Below, piece after piece: positions 1-14,809 of a DNA stretch of 64,000 nt (position 1 is its first letter; each line of letters starts with the position of its first letter). A model generated the notes under the pieces. It was given only the letters and a program-made list of their open reading frames with translations. It was not told the origin of the DNA and searched no databases. The translations under genes were made by a program, and so were the position numbers. This DNA comes from Eledone cirrhosa (Eukaryota): assembly GCA_964016885.1 (NCBI GenBank), contig OZ024740.1, positions 156,798,001 through 156,862,000 of the forward strand. Reading direction: 5' to 3'.

Positions 1-73
1 TGCTTTCGTGGGCACACACACTTTCTCTCCTCCTTTCTAACCCTCCCTCTGTCTCTGTATCTCTATCTCATCT

Positions 74-79
<6 letters not shown>

Positions 80-153
<74 letters not shown>
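80..153. repeat. (CT)n microsatellite
   Basis: Pure dinucleotide run. Confidence 0.97.
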
Positions 154-156
<3 letters not shown>

Positions 157-498
157 CTCACTCTCTCTACTTTCAATGTATCGTGAAAAATATATTAGAT
201 AATGTAATTCTAGTTATATTACCCCTTTAAAATATAAAATAGGATGATTATGTCTGGAACTTCTTTAATGATGATAGGTTTGCGAAGTCAGGAATGACCT
301 GGGGTTAAACAACAGTAACGGAATTTATTAAAATAGATGAGCGGCTCATATGAGATAATCCACAAATAATTGAGTTAGCTGACTCTGCTGAAGAGCGTTG
401 GAGGTAGGTGTGAATGCACGGTCGTGGATGTATGTTTTAACTTACATTTCTTTCATATTTATGAATGTTATGTTGTTATTATTGTTGCTGATTATATG

Positions 499-529
<31 letters not shown>

Positions 530-1158
530 TTACTGCATTTATTGTCATTTAGCTCCGGTCCGAATTGATTGAAAAGCTGTAATTAAAAACCTTGTAGCAG
601 AGATTAACTGAATTTACGCCTAGATGGGAAATAAATAATTTTCTATATAGATAATAAACACAACCACCGGGATATGGTCCGAACGTGGAGGAGCCGAACT
701 CCCACTCTCATCGCCTCCATCTCTCTCGCCCTCCCCATCTCTCTATATGGTGAGCAAATGGGGTCCAACGTACTGGCCTCCCCACAGCCCTGGCGGACAG
801 AATGGAGAAGGTATTTTCCCGGAGGATGGTAAGGGAGATTTGAGTTTGTGGGATTCTGCTTGGGTTAGAACTTCCGATTCATTAAATTAATGTGTACATA
901 GCTGAGTATTCCACAGTCACATATACCATGCAACGTAATTCTAATCAGCGTGATACAATATACGACAAGGTTTCACCTTTGAATTACTGGTACATTCCAC
1001 CTGAGAGACTACCACACATCCATCTAGCCAATATCGATCCATGGCTACGGTAAGGATATTGTCTAAGAGGCAGCGAGGTATGTTTGAACCGAGAACCTCA
1101 TGATTGTAAAGTAAATTTCTCACCCTATCAACCATATCCTAATATTACTCATTTTGGT

Positions 1159-1372
1159 TTGGCAGTATTGGTAGAGCGTCGGACATCCTGATTCGTAACG
1201 TAGAGTTACGGTCCTTTACTTTCTGAGTTCAAATCCCACCGAGGTTGACTTTGCCTTTCATCCTTACGGAGTCGAAAAAATAAAGCGCCATTAATGCACT
1301 GGATCGATTTAATCGACTGTCCCCTCCCCGAAAATTGCTGGCCTTGTGCCTAAAGTAGAAACAATTATTATT
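1159..1372 (+). mobile_element. tRNA-derived SINE (family A, long 3' variant)
   Basis: A-box-like TGGCAGTATTGG, B-box GAGTTCAAATCC, central GAGGTTGACTTTGCCTTTCATCCTTACGG..TCGA domain, 3' GCTGGCCTTGTGCCTAAAGTAGAAACAATTATT. Matches many other copies in the window. Confidence 0.9.
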
Positions 1373-2440
1373 AATTTTGTATATCTTATACTACATCCTC
1401 AAATGCTTCTCTCTTTGTTTTAAGGAATATCTGGTTGCGATTTAGAGTAGGTTCAATGATTCCGTAGAAGCTCACTCACTGATGAGTTTCCTGTGTTATT
1501 GATGTTGTTTCTGCTATTGTTGTTTAGTCACAGTTCAGCATTTCTTGAACAGGCATGAGGAAAAGCATTCTAGCCGTGACAATCGCGTCACACTTTACTT
1601 TAAACATTCTATATTTAAGATTACATAATGTTTTCTTCCCTTTCCATCTTGATGTCTGATACGAGGGATATTTGGCTGCTATTAATATTTTTAACGGTTT
1701 TATAGGCCCTGCAGAAAACCTCGCATAAGCTAATTTGCTATATTTTTGTAAAACCCCAGTTTAGATTTTATCGATGAAATGCGACCTTCCCATATTCTTT
1801 ATAAGCATGACCATACTTATCTATTTTAAAATGACGTGATGTGATTGAGAGGAAAGATTTTGCTTCTGTTTTCAGCAAATTTAACAACAGACCTGCCAAC
1901 CTTTAAAAACCCCAAAAGTGACCTAAAACGAGGAGAAATTAGGCAAAATGGGGAGATTTTATATTATGAAAGTTATAGCCATTTTCACAAGAGAAGCCTC
2001 ACCCTAAAGTGGAGAGTTAGCAGGGGAGAGTTAGCAGGTCTACTAACTAACACCTTGGTATATTCTCGATATCATTACCGTCTATAATATTTTGAAATTC
2101 AATCTTCTGGGTAGATTATTCTGCAGATAAGAGCTAGGCTGAGAAACAAGGTTAGAACTGATGGGACGGGGTAGGCTGAAAACTATTGTTCATCTGAACA
2201 ATAAAATGAGCTACCTTCCAAAAGATATTTTCAAAAATCATTCTATTCTCATGCATATGTTAAGATTTCTGTGGAAAGGCTTGATCTGCTATATGCAGCT
2301 ACAGCATTCTTCTCAGAATACATTCTACATTCTAAATATTTCGAAACAGCTGATTATCCAGCAAAAATGTCCCACAATAAGAACAGAATGTAAAAGAACA
2401 GGATGTAAGTGTTAACACATAGTGTAAAATCATTGTAAAT

Positions 2441-2550
2441 ATGAAAGGCAAAGTTAACCTCGGCGGGATTTGAGCTCAGAATGGCAAGGGCCGTAACTCT
2501 ATGTCAAAGCATGGTGTCCGACCTTCTCGTGATACTGCCAATCCATCGCC
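2441..2550 (-). mobile_element. SINE family A, 5' part
   Basis: Reverse complement of the head and central domain of the 4442 copy. Confidence 0.85.
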
Positions 2551-2725
2551 CTTTCAACTATTAATAATAACATTCGATTTGTTTGCGATTATGCAAACAA
2601 GCCTCATTTGTAAAGCCATGCCAGTAAAATGAACCCTTCATTTTTTTAAATTTATATATATATATATGTATGTATATATATGTGGGTGTGTATACGTACG
2701 TACACACACATAGACACACATGCAC

Positions 2726-2760
<35 letters not shown>

Positions 2761-3849
2761 CAGAAGTAATTCTCTGACATAGCTTGATTCGGACGTGAGC
2801 GAGGTTATATGTTAAATCATATACGAAATATTCATATATAATTTTTGTAATATCACTGTGGATTTAAAAACGTGATCCTGTCACTGCTATTCTTAGCAAC
2901 AAAGAGAAAGCATCCCAACGGAAACATTTCTAATGTTTTAACCCTCAGGATTGTTATATATAAGAGCAGATAAGCCGAATGATACCAATAGAAATAACTC
3001 CTCGGTTGATTTTGTTAGACTTGTACGACCGAAGAGCTTAAAGAATTGGATCAAATACAGCACGTCATCCCCTCTCATACTAACAACCCCTCTATCCTGA
3101 AGTAGTATTCGATTTTATCGACCTCCAGAGGATGACAGTCAAATTTGGTCTCGGTGGCAATAGAACTCCGAACGCTGAGAGCCAGGACAATTACCTCAGG
3201 CTCTTTTGTCTTATGTTCTAATAACTATTAATCCTCCACCTATATAATTCTTCGGGACAGAAAAGAAAAACAAAATGATGTACTCTTAGAAACTGAGGTC
3301 AGCAGCTCGGCAGTAATGAAAGTCAGCAAAAAATAACTACTTCAGAACCTAGATTATTAATTAACATTTGTAGCTCTAATTATGGACTTATTTGCCTATG
3401 TTATTAAATGTATATATGGCATCCTTGAATAACTTGTTTTCACGAAAAGAACGGGATCATCTAATCTGCACGCTACAAATGCAATCTATAAGCAGACATA
3501 TAAAAAATGTCTGAAGCTCTACAAGCAACGTTTTGTAACCCCCCCCCCCCCCACCCACACACACACACATACTCACCTACATACATCATTGTGTAGTTAC
3601 ATTTTGAAGTTTTACCGCAATCGGCCTTGATCAGCTGAGAAGAAAATGGGGTTAGGTATGCCAGTTGGCATTAGCCTAAAATTTTGAGGGAATCTTTATC
3701 TCAAATTTTAGTTTTTTATTCTGTTTTATCACAAATCCAATAGAGAGTATCAGAGTCAGTCCTCAAAAGTTGGCGACTGTGACGCAAATCAAGTAAATTT
3801 GCCCACATCATCAATTAAAAGGGATCAAATAACTGCTCTAAAAGGGATC

Positions 3850-4380
3850 AAATAACTGCTCTAACAGTCACAACGCTTGACAAACTGAAATTACTCTGGA
3901 AACAAAAGAACACTATTCTCAGATGGAAAATAAAACACCTGCGTACATTGGTTCTATCCATCTTTCTATACGCACGCGAGTCATGGACCTTGATCGCTGC
4001 ACTGTAAAAGAGGAAACAAACAGCGGAGATGAAATCTTATAAAAGGAATCTCCCACGCGCTACGAAGGTCCTCAAAAGCATAATCCAGGATATGAGTCAA
4101 TTTGAAGATCTGCTGACCACGATGAAGCAGAGAAAGTCGAGGTGGTTTGAGCATGTGACAAGTTCGGACAGACTCTCTAAGAATATTTTCCAAGGAACAG
4201 TGCATGGGAAGAGAAGGAGGAGCAGATAGAGGAAGTGATGGATTGACAACATAGCTGAGTGTACAGAGGAGAACTTTGCCACAACCCAAATACTTGTCCA
4301 TGACCGCCATAGATGGAGGCCTTTGGTGCAGCGTTCGGCACTACAGTGACCCAAACGACTCCGAAAGGGGCTAGAAGACC
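3850..4380 (+). mobile_element. Decayed RTE-clade LINE 3' fragment
   Basis: Broken translation LVLSIFLYARESWTL...AEMKSY...RKSRWFEHV...IFQGTVHGKRRR, typical of the RTE ORF C-terminus. Confidence 0.8.
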
Positions 4381-4441
4381 AGGATGATAACGATGAACAC
4401 ATATATAAATCAAGCGTATTTCGCGCGTATTATTAAAATAA

Positions 4442-4630
4442 GGGCGGTGGATTGGCAGTATCGGTAGAGTGTCGGACATGCTTTCCAGCATGGTTACGTC
4501 CCTTTACGATCTGAGTTCAAATCCCGCCGAGGTTAACTTTGCCTTTCATCCTTACGGGGTCGATAAAATAAAGTACCAGTAATATACTGGAATAACTGCT
4601 GGCCTTGTGCCAAAAGTAGAAACAATTATT
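4442..4630 (+). mobile_element. SINE family A, full length
   Basis: A/B boxes, central domain and 3' tail, near-identical to the copies at 11370, 50608 and 53576. Confidence 0.92.
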
Positions 4631-5179
4631 AAAATAGTATTTGCTGGTCTTGTGTCAAAAGTAGAAAAGTAGAAACAATTCTTAAAATAATTAATGAGAG
4701 GTTTGAAATGTGGTCTACATTTTACATATAAGAGGTGGGCCTACTACATGCTTTGTGTGAAGAGCTACCGTTCACATATGGCTTAGGCCTATTACCGGAG
4801 TGGTATGGGCTTGTAAATAATGCATGATTATAGATTCGTAGGCAGAAAATGAAACATTAAGTAAATACGTATATGAGTATGTTTGTATGCGTGAGTCTTT
4901 GCGATAGAATATGTTTGTGTGTATGGAGAGAATTAAAAGCGGGGTAGGATGAAATGTTGAGACAGAAAATAATAAAGAACCACCATGCGAATATTACATA
5001 AATTTACAGGCTGGAGATATTTACTATAGTTAGAATGTTTTCGTTACAGTACTTTAGCAAACGGTTAAAAATAGAAGCAGTACTCTCATTTCTGCTTATT
5101 TCAAAACATCTCTTATCGTGATATCAGTCACAGATGCTTCACTCTTTCTTCTCAAGTTCTGTCTTTCACCCCCTCTCCC

Positions 5180-5880
<701 letters not shown>

Positions 5881-6458
5881 CATATGTGTGTGATGAATAT
5901 ACGCCAAGACGGACAGTTACACCGCATCCGGCTACGGGCCTACACATGACGTATGCTAATTAAGGAGCCCCAGCAAAAAGTACGTGTGTATTATTATGTG
6001 TAAATATCCATTTATATGCAAGTAAATATATGTATGCGAAGAAATACCGATGATGGCCAGAAGATCACTGATGACGGATAGTCCTTGTTTCTTGCTCTAT
6101 TTTTTAATTAATATGTATCACATTCGCAACAATGCAGAACGCCATTTTTCATTTTTATATATATATATATATATGCCTATATATATGTGTGTGTGCGTAC
6201 GCGTGTGCATATGCATAGTTCGTAAATAAGAAGAATTATATATAAACCTACATGCACACATATGTTTATGTCTATGTACACTTCTCCATGCATGTTTGTA
6301 TGCCTATATATCTGTGTATGTAAATATAGAAGACACTACTAGAAAGTGGTGCTCCACAATATCTCTGTCTGTGATTATTAAAGCGAAATGACTTAACTAT
6401 TACGAGTAGTTTTATTTTGAGTTGAGAGGCTGTACAAAAATAGTCTGCAGTAGTTTCC

Positions 6459-6660
<202 letters not shown>

Positions 6661-6863
6661 GCACACATGGTAAAAGTAGAAATATATGTCTCGTAACCAC
6701 AGCGAAAATTCATTTTTCGTGTTAAGCTTCTTAGTCCAATAAATATAACACATATTCATGGTTTTAGCAACAATTAAACGATACTCAATAACGACATATT
6801 TCTTTTTGGTTTAGCTACCATTATAATTGCGTGGAAATCTATGAAGCGTGTTGTATGCTTGAA

Positions 6864-6950
6864 ATAATTTTTTCTACTTTTGGCACAAGGTCAGCAAATA
6901 CCAGTACATTACTGGTACTTTATTTTATCGACCCCGTAAGGATGAAAGGC
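6864..6950 (-). mobile_element. SINE family A, 3' fragment
   Basis: Reverse complement of the central domain and tail. Confidence 0.8.
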
Positions 6951-7639
6951 GTTTTGCTATAGACCTATACGACAAGGCATACATTCTCACTATAGAATAG
7001 TTGAGAATAAATTTGGCATATGACACCTTGAGGTTACGATTATCCAACTTTTTCTATCTCAAGCGGTTATATCCCTTATTTATTCTCGACATCGACAGTA
7101 AAATGTTATGAGTTACAGTAGTTTGCTCGATTAAAACTCATACTTTTAAATCTATACCTAAATATTGGCTGCATCTCGGTTTCGAGGAATGCGATCCCTG
7201 ACATTTGTGTCATACATGTGTGGCATGGATATGACTTTTTAACCCACCAAGGACTTAGGTTCATTTCTGCATATGCTGCAATGAAAGAAAAAAAGATCAT
7301 GCTTACGCAACACATATGAAAGTCGTTTAGATCAAGTGATTCCTATGGAAGAAGCTTTTATAAGGGAAGAAATGCCTTGCACTGGAATAATCCCACTCTG
7401 AACAACGGTGACAGGTATCCAAAAGTAAAACAGATCAACACCATTGGCTGCCATCGAGTCACCATTTTTACATCAGTGTTTTCCTTCTCTCAGAATGATA
7501 TCCTAATAAGAGGTACGGATCTCTCAGTCCCGGTTGGTTAACCGCGTGCATACATATATACAAACATACATACATGCATACATATATACATACACACATA
7601 CATACAGATAGACAATCAGGCTGACAGAGATGTTGATTG

Positions 7640-9560
7640 CTATTTCTTGTAAGATGAGTGCCATCCCTTCATTGAACTTTACACGATCATGTGCACGCAG
7701 GTGGCTTTTCAGACATCTCCGTTTTGCAGGTACGTCCACAGATGTGATACTTGAACTATCTGTCTCCTGGCATTATACCATGTCTGCTCAGTCCACCAGC
7801 TGACTTGCAAATTAAACCACACTCATTGAAAATGTTCCATTCACTGTGTGGAGGTAGAACCATCTCACAACTGGCTCGATTTCTCCCTGGCTCGTGTGAT
7901 TTCAGATGATTGACAAATCCATAATCCAGCTCTTGTTAGAAGAAATCAGCCATATACATTGCACTTCAACTCCTACTGGATCTTTGCAGGCACTACACTT
8001 GGGTCCCGCTTACGGAGTGAATGCTTAAAAACAGCATGTTCCACTCGCTTTTTGTCAAAGACATCACATCGATACTTGATTATCCTACATTATGATGTAC
8101 GGCCTTCAGCCAGACTCTCCCAGCTGTCCATATCAAACTTCAGAGCTTTAAGATTGTCTTTTATATCATTCCTAAACTGCTTCTTTGGCTTATGCCGTGG
8201 CCTTTTGCCCCTGGTAAACTCCTCATAAAATAATTGTTAGGTAGCCTTCTATCTTCCATCCCGCTCACTTGGACGGCCCAAAGCATCTCATTCATAATAA
8301 TCCTTCTTTCAATACTGGTGCTGCCCGCGTTCTCAAGTGCAGCAGCTTGATGTTCAGGATGTGTCGGATACAATGCTGATGAAACCTTTCCAGCTGCCTG
8401 ATGTGATGCCTGCAAGTTGTCCATGTTTTGCATCCAAATGAGATATAAGAACACAGGCCTCATACACAAAGAGCTTATGTTTCTCGTGATACCCCGATCT
8501 GACCGAACTCGCTTCTCAAACTTCCTGATGCTACCATCTTTACTAAGTGTACTTCCGAGATACACAAAGCTGTCCACCACCTCAAGTAATTTTCCTCTCA
8601 CAAAACGTCTGGAGTGTACATGGTCTTTGACTTTTAATCTTAATATTTAGCCCAAATACGGTGCATGTATTGTGGAAGGTGTTTAATATCCACTGCATGT
8701 CCTTTACAGTGTGTGCCGCAAAATATGCCTCATCAGCTTAGAGGAGTCCCTTGACAACAGTCCCAAATATTTTGGACTTGGTGTTAAAGCGTCTTAGATT
8801 AAGGACTTTGCCAGGTTCTAATTTGCAAGTATATACCGATCTCGAAGTCTTGGGAGTCATATGTCAGCAGCAAGGCAAAGTACATGGAGAACAGAGTTAG
8901 TGCAGAAATGTCACCCTGCTTGTTACAATTTACCACTGAATTTGTCTCTGAAAGTGTCCCATTGAAGTTCAGTTTGCTTTCATATTTTGATGGAGTTTTA
9001 TTTCAACAAATTCATTAAGGCATATAAGAAACCACAATGTACTACGATTAACAGTATCGACGGCTTTGGAAATGTCCTCAGATACTTGGTACTCACTGCT
9101 CAACACACTTCTCTATAAGCTGACGGCCTGAGAAAATCATGTTTATAGTACCTTGCCCAGTTTTGAATCCACACTGGATCACAGGGATGACACCAGGCAA
9201 ATTCATTTTATTAGACGATTCAGGAAGACCTTGGATAATATATTTTCTACCTATTCGAGGAGACTTATAACACGATAATCACCTCATTCAGAATTGGAGC
9301 TCTCACACTTAAATATCGATACCAGAATTTCATCTACCCAGTCTTGCGGGAAAGGCTCAGCACGCCATACTGTTAACAAAAGCCAAAAGCCTATGAATGG
9401 TCATAGAAACATTGTCTCCTTCAAAGCAGATCAGTTTAACATGTATTACATCCAAACCTGGAACTGTCCAAATGTTTATTTCTTTCATAGAAGACTTTAT
9501 CTAATCAAAGGTTGGATCATTTCTCATTTCTGTTACAATCACCTTTTGCGGCGGTTCATT
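7640..9560 (-). mobile_element. Decayed RTE-clade LINE (RT and C-terminus)
   Basis: Fragments LEVVDSFVYLGSTLSKDGS, MEDRRLP, PKKQFRNDIKDNLK and a C-KQGD-SALTLFS-like RT motif; many stops and frameshifts. Boundaries approximate. Confidence 0.8.
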
Positions 9561-9974
9561 AATAATTTCCTCAAACACAGATGGGTTATTAAACAGATTT
9601 TAAATTGTTCAGTCCACCGACTCTGTTGGATCTTTGATGAGGACGTCCTCTTCTTTTGACTTCTTTGGTGTAAATTTTTAGGGCTTGGGGCCCAAAACGT
9701 GCCTTATTGAGCTGTATAAGACCTTCAAGTCGATTGTCTTCTTTCGTTGATCTATGAAATAAAGTACCAATCATGTTATGGAGATCTGTATAATCAACTA
9801 ACTGCTTGCTCAAAATTTCTGGCTTATGTTAAAATCAAAGTAATTATCATTATTAGCAGAAGAACCGCCCTAGAGGCGGTTTTCTGCTAACATATGTGGT
9901 GTACATATTAGTATTATATGCAAATATATATGCATATATATATGATATGTAAATTGAAAAGTAAATTGACAATA

Positions 9975-10520
9975 TCTTCTTCTTCGCCCACTTATTTCTG
10001 AGAGGGTCGTAGGGGCAGAGTCCTTCACAAACACTCCTTCTAGCGAGTCTGTCTGAGGCAAACATCTCTAACTGATCCAGCTGGATCCCAAAGCATGACC
10101 AGCCAAGCTCACGGATGTTATTCTATTATCTTCCACAGGGTCTACCTCCGGGTCTCCTGTCGGTTGATTTTGCCTGTAAAATCTGTCCAGCGATTCTTTC
10201 CTGAGACATTCTAACATGCCCATAGTATCGGAGAAGTAGCGGCTCTACCAGGAGTAACTCCCTGACCTCCGAGCTATTCACTTTATCGAGTAATGTTAGT
10301 CCAAAGACCCTTCGGTGGAACCCCATTTCAGCCACTTGTATTCGCAATTGCATTATTTTTGTCATTACCCAAGATTCATGATCCTAGGTAAGGGTTGGCA
10401 GGAATAGCAGGAAGACAGCAAGTTTCACTTTACACCTACCTCCCTTCTGATTATTGAATGCTGAAGCTGGCGCATCACTGCATCAGCTTTTGTTGTATGT
10501 GGTCCTAGATGTGTGTATTA
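9975..10520 (-). mobile_element. RTE-clade LINE 3' end with (GAA) tail
   Basis: ORF fragment RIQVAEMGFHRRVFGLTLLDKV..EPLLLRYYGHV..GRP; its 3' UTR is homologous to 52402-52640. Confidence 0.8.
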
Positions 10521-10899
10521 CCTGCTTGTGTGTTTTATCTCTTTCTTTTTTTCCTTTCCCTTCCCTTTCTATATATTATATTTGTTTGTGTTTTCATTCT
10601 GTAAGCATTATATTATTATATGTTTTATACAACTGTTAATAAACCTGTAACAACAAATGAGTTTTAAAAAAAGAGTTTAATGTATGCATGTGTGTTTGTG
10701 TGAATGTATGTGTATTTGTGTGAATGTATGTCCGTGAGTGTGTCTGTGTTTGTGCGATTATAGTTATATACTCATACATATAAATGTATGTATATGCACA
10801 TGCACACACGCACACACATACAAATACACGTCAACATATGGAAAAAATTCTAATCTCTTCATCTTTGTCTTTCACTCTCTCTCTCTATATATATATATA

Positions 10900-11088
10900 T
10901 AATTGTTTCTACTTTTTTGGCACAAGGCCAGCAATTTATCCCAGAGCATTACTGGTACTTTATTTTAACGACCCCGTAAAGACGAAAGGCAAAGTTAACC
11001 TCGGCGGGATTTGAACTCAGAACATAAAGGGTCATAACTCTATGCTGTAAAGCATGGGGTCCGACGCTCTACCAATTCTGCCAATTCA
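10900..11088 (-). mobile_element. SINE family A
   Basis: Full reverse-complement copy. Confidence 0.9.
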
Positions 11089-11309
11089 CATATAACTGTC
11101 ACATATTCACTCTATCTATCTGAATCTCTATCTTTCTATCTAGCTCTGTCTATATATATGGTAGTTGAAGTGGTGGTGGTGGTGGCGATATACCGGAAGT
11201 GTTGAAATTTGAAACTTTTAAAAGAAGTGAATATCGAAATAAGCAATAAAATTATTTATGTTTAATAAAGAGTTACAAATTTAGTACATAAATTATATAA
11301 TATTCATTC

Positions 11310-11557
11310 ATTAATGCACTGGGTAATTGCTGGCCTTGTGCCAAAAGTAGAAATAATTATTTATTCAAAGTGGAATGGCAATATCGGTGGGGGGTCGGAC
11401 GCCATGCTTTGAAGCATAGAGTTACGTTCCTTTACGATCTGAGTTCAAATCCCGCCGAGGTTGACTTTGCCTTTCACCTTTACGGGGTCGATGAAATAAA
11501 GTACCAGTAATGCACTGGGTATTTGCTGGCCTTGTGCCTAAAGTAGAAACAATTATT
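11310..11557 (+). mobile_element. SINE family A preceded by a duplicated 3' tail
   Basis: Tail TAATGCACTGGG..GTAGAAA.AATTATTTATTCAAAGT occurs both before and after the full copy. Confidence 0.88.
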
Positions 11558-11873
11558 TATTCAAAGTAATTCAACTTATTTTACTAACTGGATAAAAAAA
11601 TATGAACAGGACACAATCCCGCACTCCTCACTTTAATATATTATGATAATATTATAGTTTAAATTTTCATGAATACCATTCTGCATGCGCAATAGTATAT
11701 TGATTTGTAGTAATTATCAAATTTGTTTCCTTTATAATCATTCTTAGACAGTTTTCAAATCATCATGATGTCATCTGCTTCTATATTTTAATTATAATAT
11801 AGATTAATCTCATATTTAATTGATAATTCCCGTTATTCTCGGAGTAGATTTAAATGAAAGCTATATCTCGTGA

Positions 11874-12035
11874 ATGTATGTATGTATGTATGTATGTATG
11901 TATGTATGTATGTATGTATGTATGTATGTATGTATGTATGTATGTATGTATGTATGTATGTATGTGCGTGTGTTTGTATGTATGTATGTGTGTGTGCGTA
12001 TGGATGTGTATGTATGTATGTTTGTATGTATGTGA
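11874..12035. repeat. (TATG)n tetranucleotide repeat
   Basis: Directly visible. Confidence 0.95.
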
Positions 12036-13406
12036 ATGCATGTGTGTGTCTATGTATCTATCCATTTATCTATTTAGCTGATTTTCAAACTATCATTAAT
12101 AATTGTTCATTCCAAAGTATCGCTTTGTCATATATAATTGTATCACTTGCATTACATGATTTATAAAAATGTATCCCCAGCCACATCCGTAGATAGATAT
12201 AAGATGTGGGATGACTTTATTAGGATTCCAAGTAAAAATTAGAATGGTTAAGGAATAAAAGATCTCAACTGTATAATTACCACTCTGATGACAATTTATT
12301 TCGGTGTCATTATCAAGATAATCTGTGCAAATATGCATTAATATTATTTAGATTTAAATTGAGTAAAAAAATAATTCCTTTTGGGTTACCCTGACCTATT
12401 TCGACATGAAATGTCCTAACTTTTCTTCTCTGGCAAAGATACTGATTTTGAGTCATTTTGTTGCATTTTCGAAAATATGGTTTTATGATGAAGGTTAGCT
12501 CCTGAGAATCTCGAATAAAATATATTCTCAACAGATTAACTACAATTAATATGTATCCATTACTCAGTTAAATTTGCTTTTCTTTGTTATTTTCTTTTCT
12601 TTATTAAGTAAAACTCGTGTGCGTATGCGTGCGTGTGTGTATGGAAATATGTATGTATATGTGTTTGTATGTGGATATATTGACGTGCTTATGCCGATGA
12701 GAATCTTAGTAAGGGCATAATGGTATTTATGCCCTTAGATGTATATAAATAGCTAAAGGAATATGATTGAAAATAATTAACCAGAATAAAAGGTTGGGTC
12801 GATATAATTCACTAAAGACATGAAATGATATAAGTTGGTATAGTTTTGTTTTAATTCCATATTACAAACATGAGTTCGAAAGAATCGATCATACTCTTTC
12901 TTCCCAATGTTTAGTTAAAAATCATAGATAATTTTAATTGTAGCGATTGTATTTAATTTGTTGTGAAATACGTAACGAGTATTATATTTCATCGGCGACA
13001 GAACGTAAAGAGATGTAAATATATACTATAAGGCATTTAGACCAACGCTCTATCAATTCTACCAAACAATCGCCATAGCCCTTTTACTATGATAATATTA
13101 TCTGTTATTGCTCGGCATGGAGGAAATCTGAGCGAATGTGGGAATATATGTAGTCGATCAAGATGCGAGAAATAGCATCCATACTCCTCTCAAAACAACA
13201 ACAATCTTTAAAATAATAAATGAAAATACAAACTGGAAGATGTAGTCCTACATAGACACAAATGAAAGAATGACCACACCTGGAATATTTTTGATTATAT
13301 ATGAGATTATGAGATTCATCTGTTATGGATACTTAAAAAAAACAACAGCTCGGAGAGGTTCTGAGACAACGATGGAGCTTCAATGTGGCCGTCCTACATG
13401 CTAAAA

Positions 13407-13596
13407 ATAATTGTTTCTACTTTTGGCACAAGGCCAGCAATTAACCAGTACATTACTGGTACTTTATTTTAGCGACCCCGTAAGGATGAAAGGCAAAGTT
13501 GACCTCGGCGGAATTTGAACTCAGAATGGAAAGGGCCGTAACTCTATGCGTCAAAGCATGGTGTCTGACCCTCTATCGATACTGCCAATCCACCGT
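13407..13596 (-). mobile_element. SINE family A with probable TSD CATGCTAAAAATAAT
   Basis: Full reverse copy; CATGCTAAAAATAAT at about 13397 and 13599. Confidence 0.9.
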
Positions 13597-14439
13597 CGCA
13601 TGCTAAAAATAATAAGACTTAACTCTAAGCCACACCTAACTATTAAAAAAATAAATTGTATCTTGTATAATGCTGTCTGGCATAAAACTGAAAACATTAT
13701 TGGATGGTCGTTGCGAGAGTGCCTTTGATCATAGGTTTCATAATCAGAGCTAACCTAATCCCGATCACAAATACAGCCACGATAATTATGGCATGAAATG
13801 TTTAAGTCTGGCGTAGTTAACTTTTGTTATCTATCAATACAAAATCAAAATAAGAAATAAACATAGATTTGAGCAGACTTTCTTTAGACGCATTATAAAA
13901 TAGAAACAGGTTATTCAGTCAATATAATAGAATAAGGACGCTAGGTGTAGCGTGAAAGAAAAGCTATGGTTACAGAGACACGGATTACACAACCAAATCG
14001 TAATTATCGAAACTGGCTGAACTTAATTCCATGCCGTTTAGACTGATAATATATACTTCAGATAGACATTAAAAACTCAAAACAATTTCGTGTTTCCGAT
14101 AAACATATCCAATAAATATGTGCTTTCCTTCTTGTACAAACACACGCTCGCGCGTACACACACGCACAGATACTCAGAGACACATACATATGCACACACA
14201 CACATATGTGGGTTTAGAGTTATTTCTTATTATATATATATATATATATAAATATATATATATATAAGGGTTAACAAAATATCTTTATAGGTAATCCAGT
14301 TAGAGGTTTTGAATACTTCGTATTATGGTATTATGGATAGTTTTAGCGTACGGCGTTGTTTGACTCAACAGGAGGTTTACGTAGGTGGCGAGTTTATGAG
14401 TTCTCTTGCATTCCTATGTAAGTTTATCTTGGAGTAATA

Positions 14440-14671
14440 ATATTGAAAGAGTGAAGAATAACAGGGTCAACAGTACAAAAAAGGGTTTTATTTACAGTCT
14501 AACAATTGTTTCACTGATTAAGTTGTCTAAAAATTGCTGAACACTTGGAGCTGTGCCACTCAATTTTAAATACGTTAGCTTAATTTTTAGACAACTTAAT
14601 CAGTGAAACAATTGTTAGACTGTAAATAAAACCCTTTTTTGTACTGATGACCCTGTTATTCTTCACTCTTT

Positions 14672-14677
<6 letters not shown>
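14440..14677. repeat. Inverted repeat (about 96-bp arms, about 46-nt spacer), Penelope pLTR-like remnant
   Basis: 14440-14535 is the reverse complement of 14582-14677 with one mismatch. Contains GAAAC-AATT-GTT then AATAAA; lies between (TA)n runs. Confidence 0.8.
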
Positions 14678-14716
<39 letters not shown>

Positions 14717-14809
14717 ATGCATATATATATCAATGTGCGTGCGCTTGTTTATGTGGGGGGAGGGTCTATATAGCTTATTAGTTTTGATCTTGTGTGTCTT
14801 CATATAGTC

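Noticed and set aside
1479-1500. Isolated CTGATGA heptamers (also about 12285 and 14644)
   Set aside because: No correctly placed GAAA, UH or stem I.
4442-4530. tRNA gene suggested by A and B boxes
   Set aside because: No cloverleaf; it is the head of a multicopy SINE.
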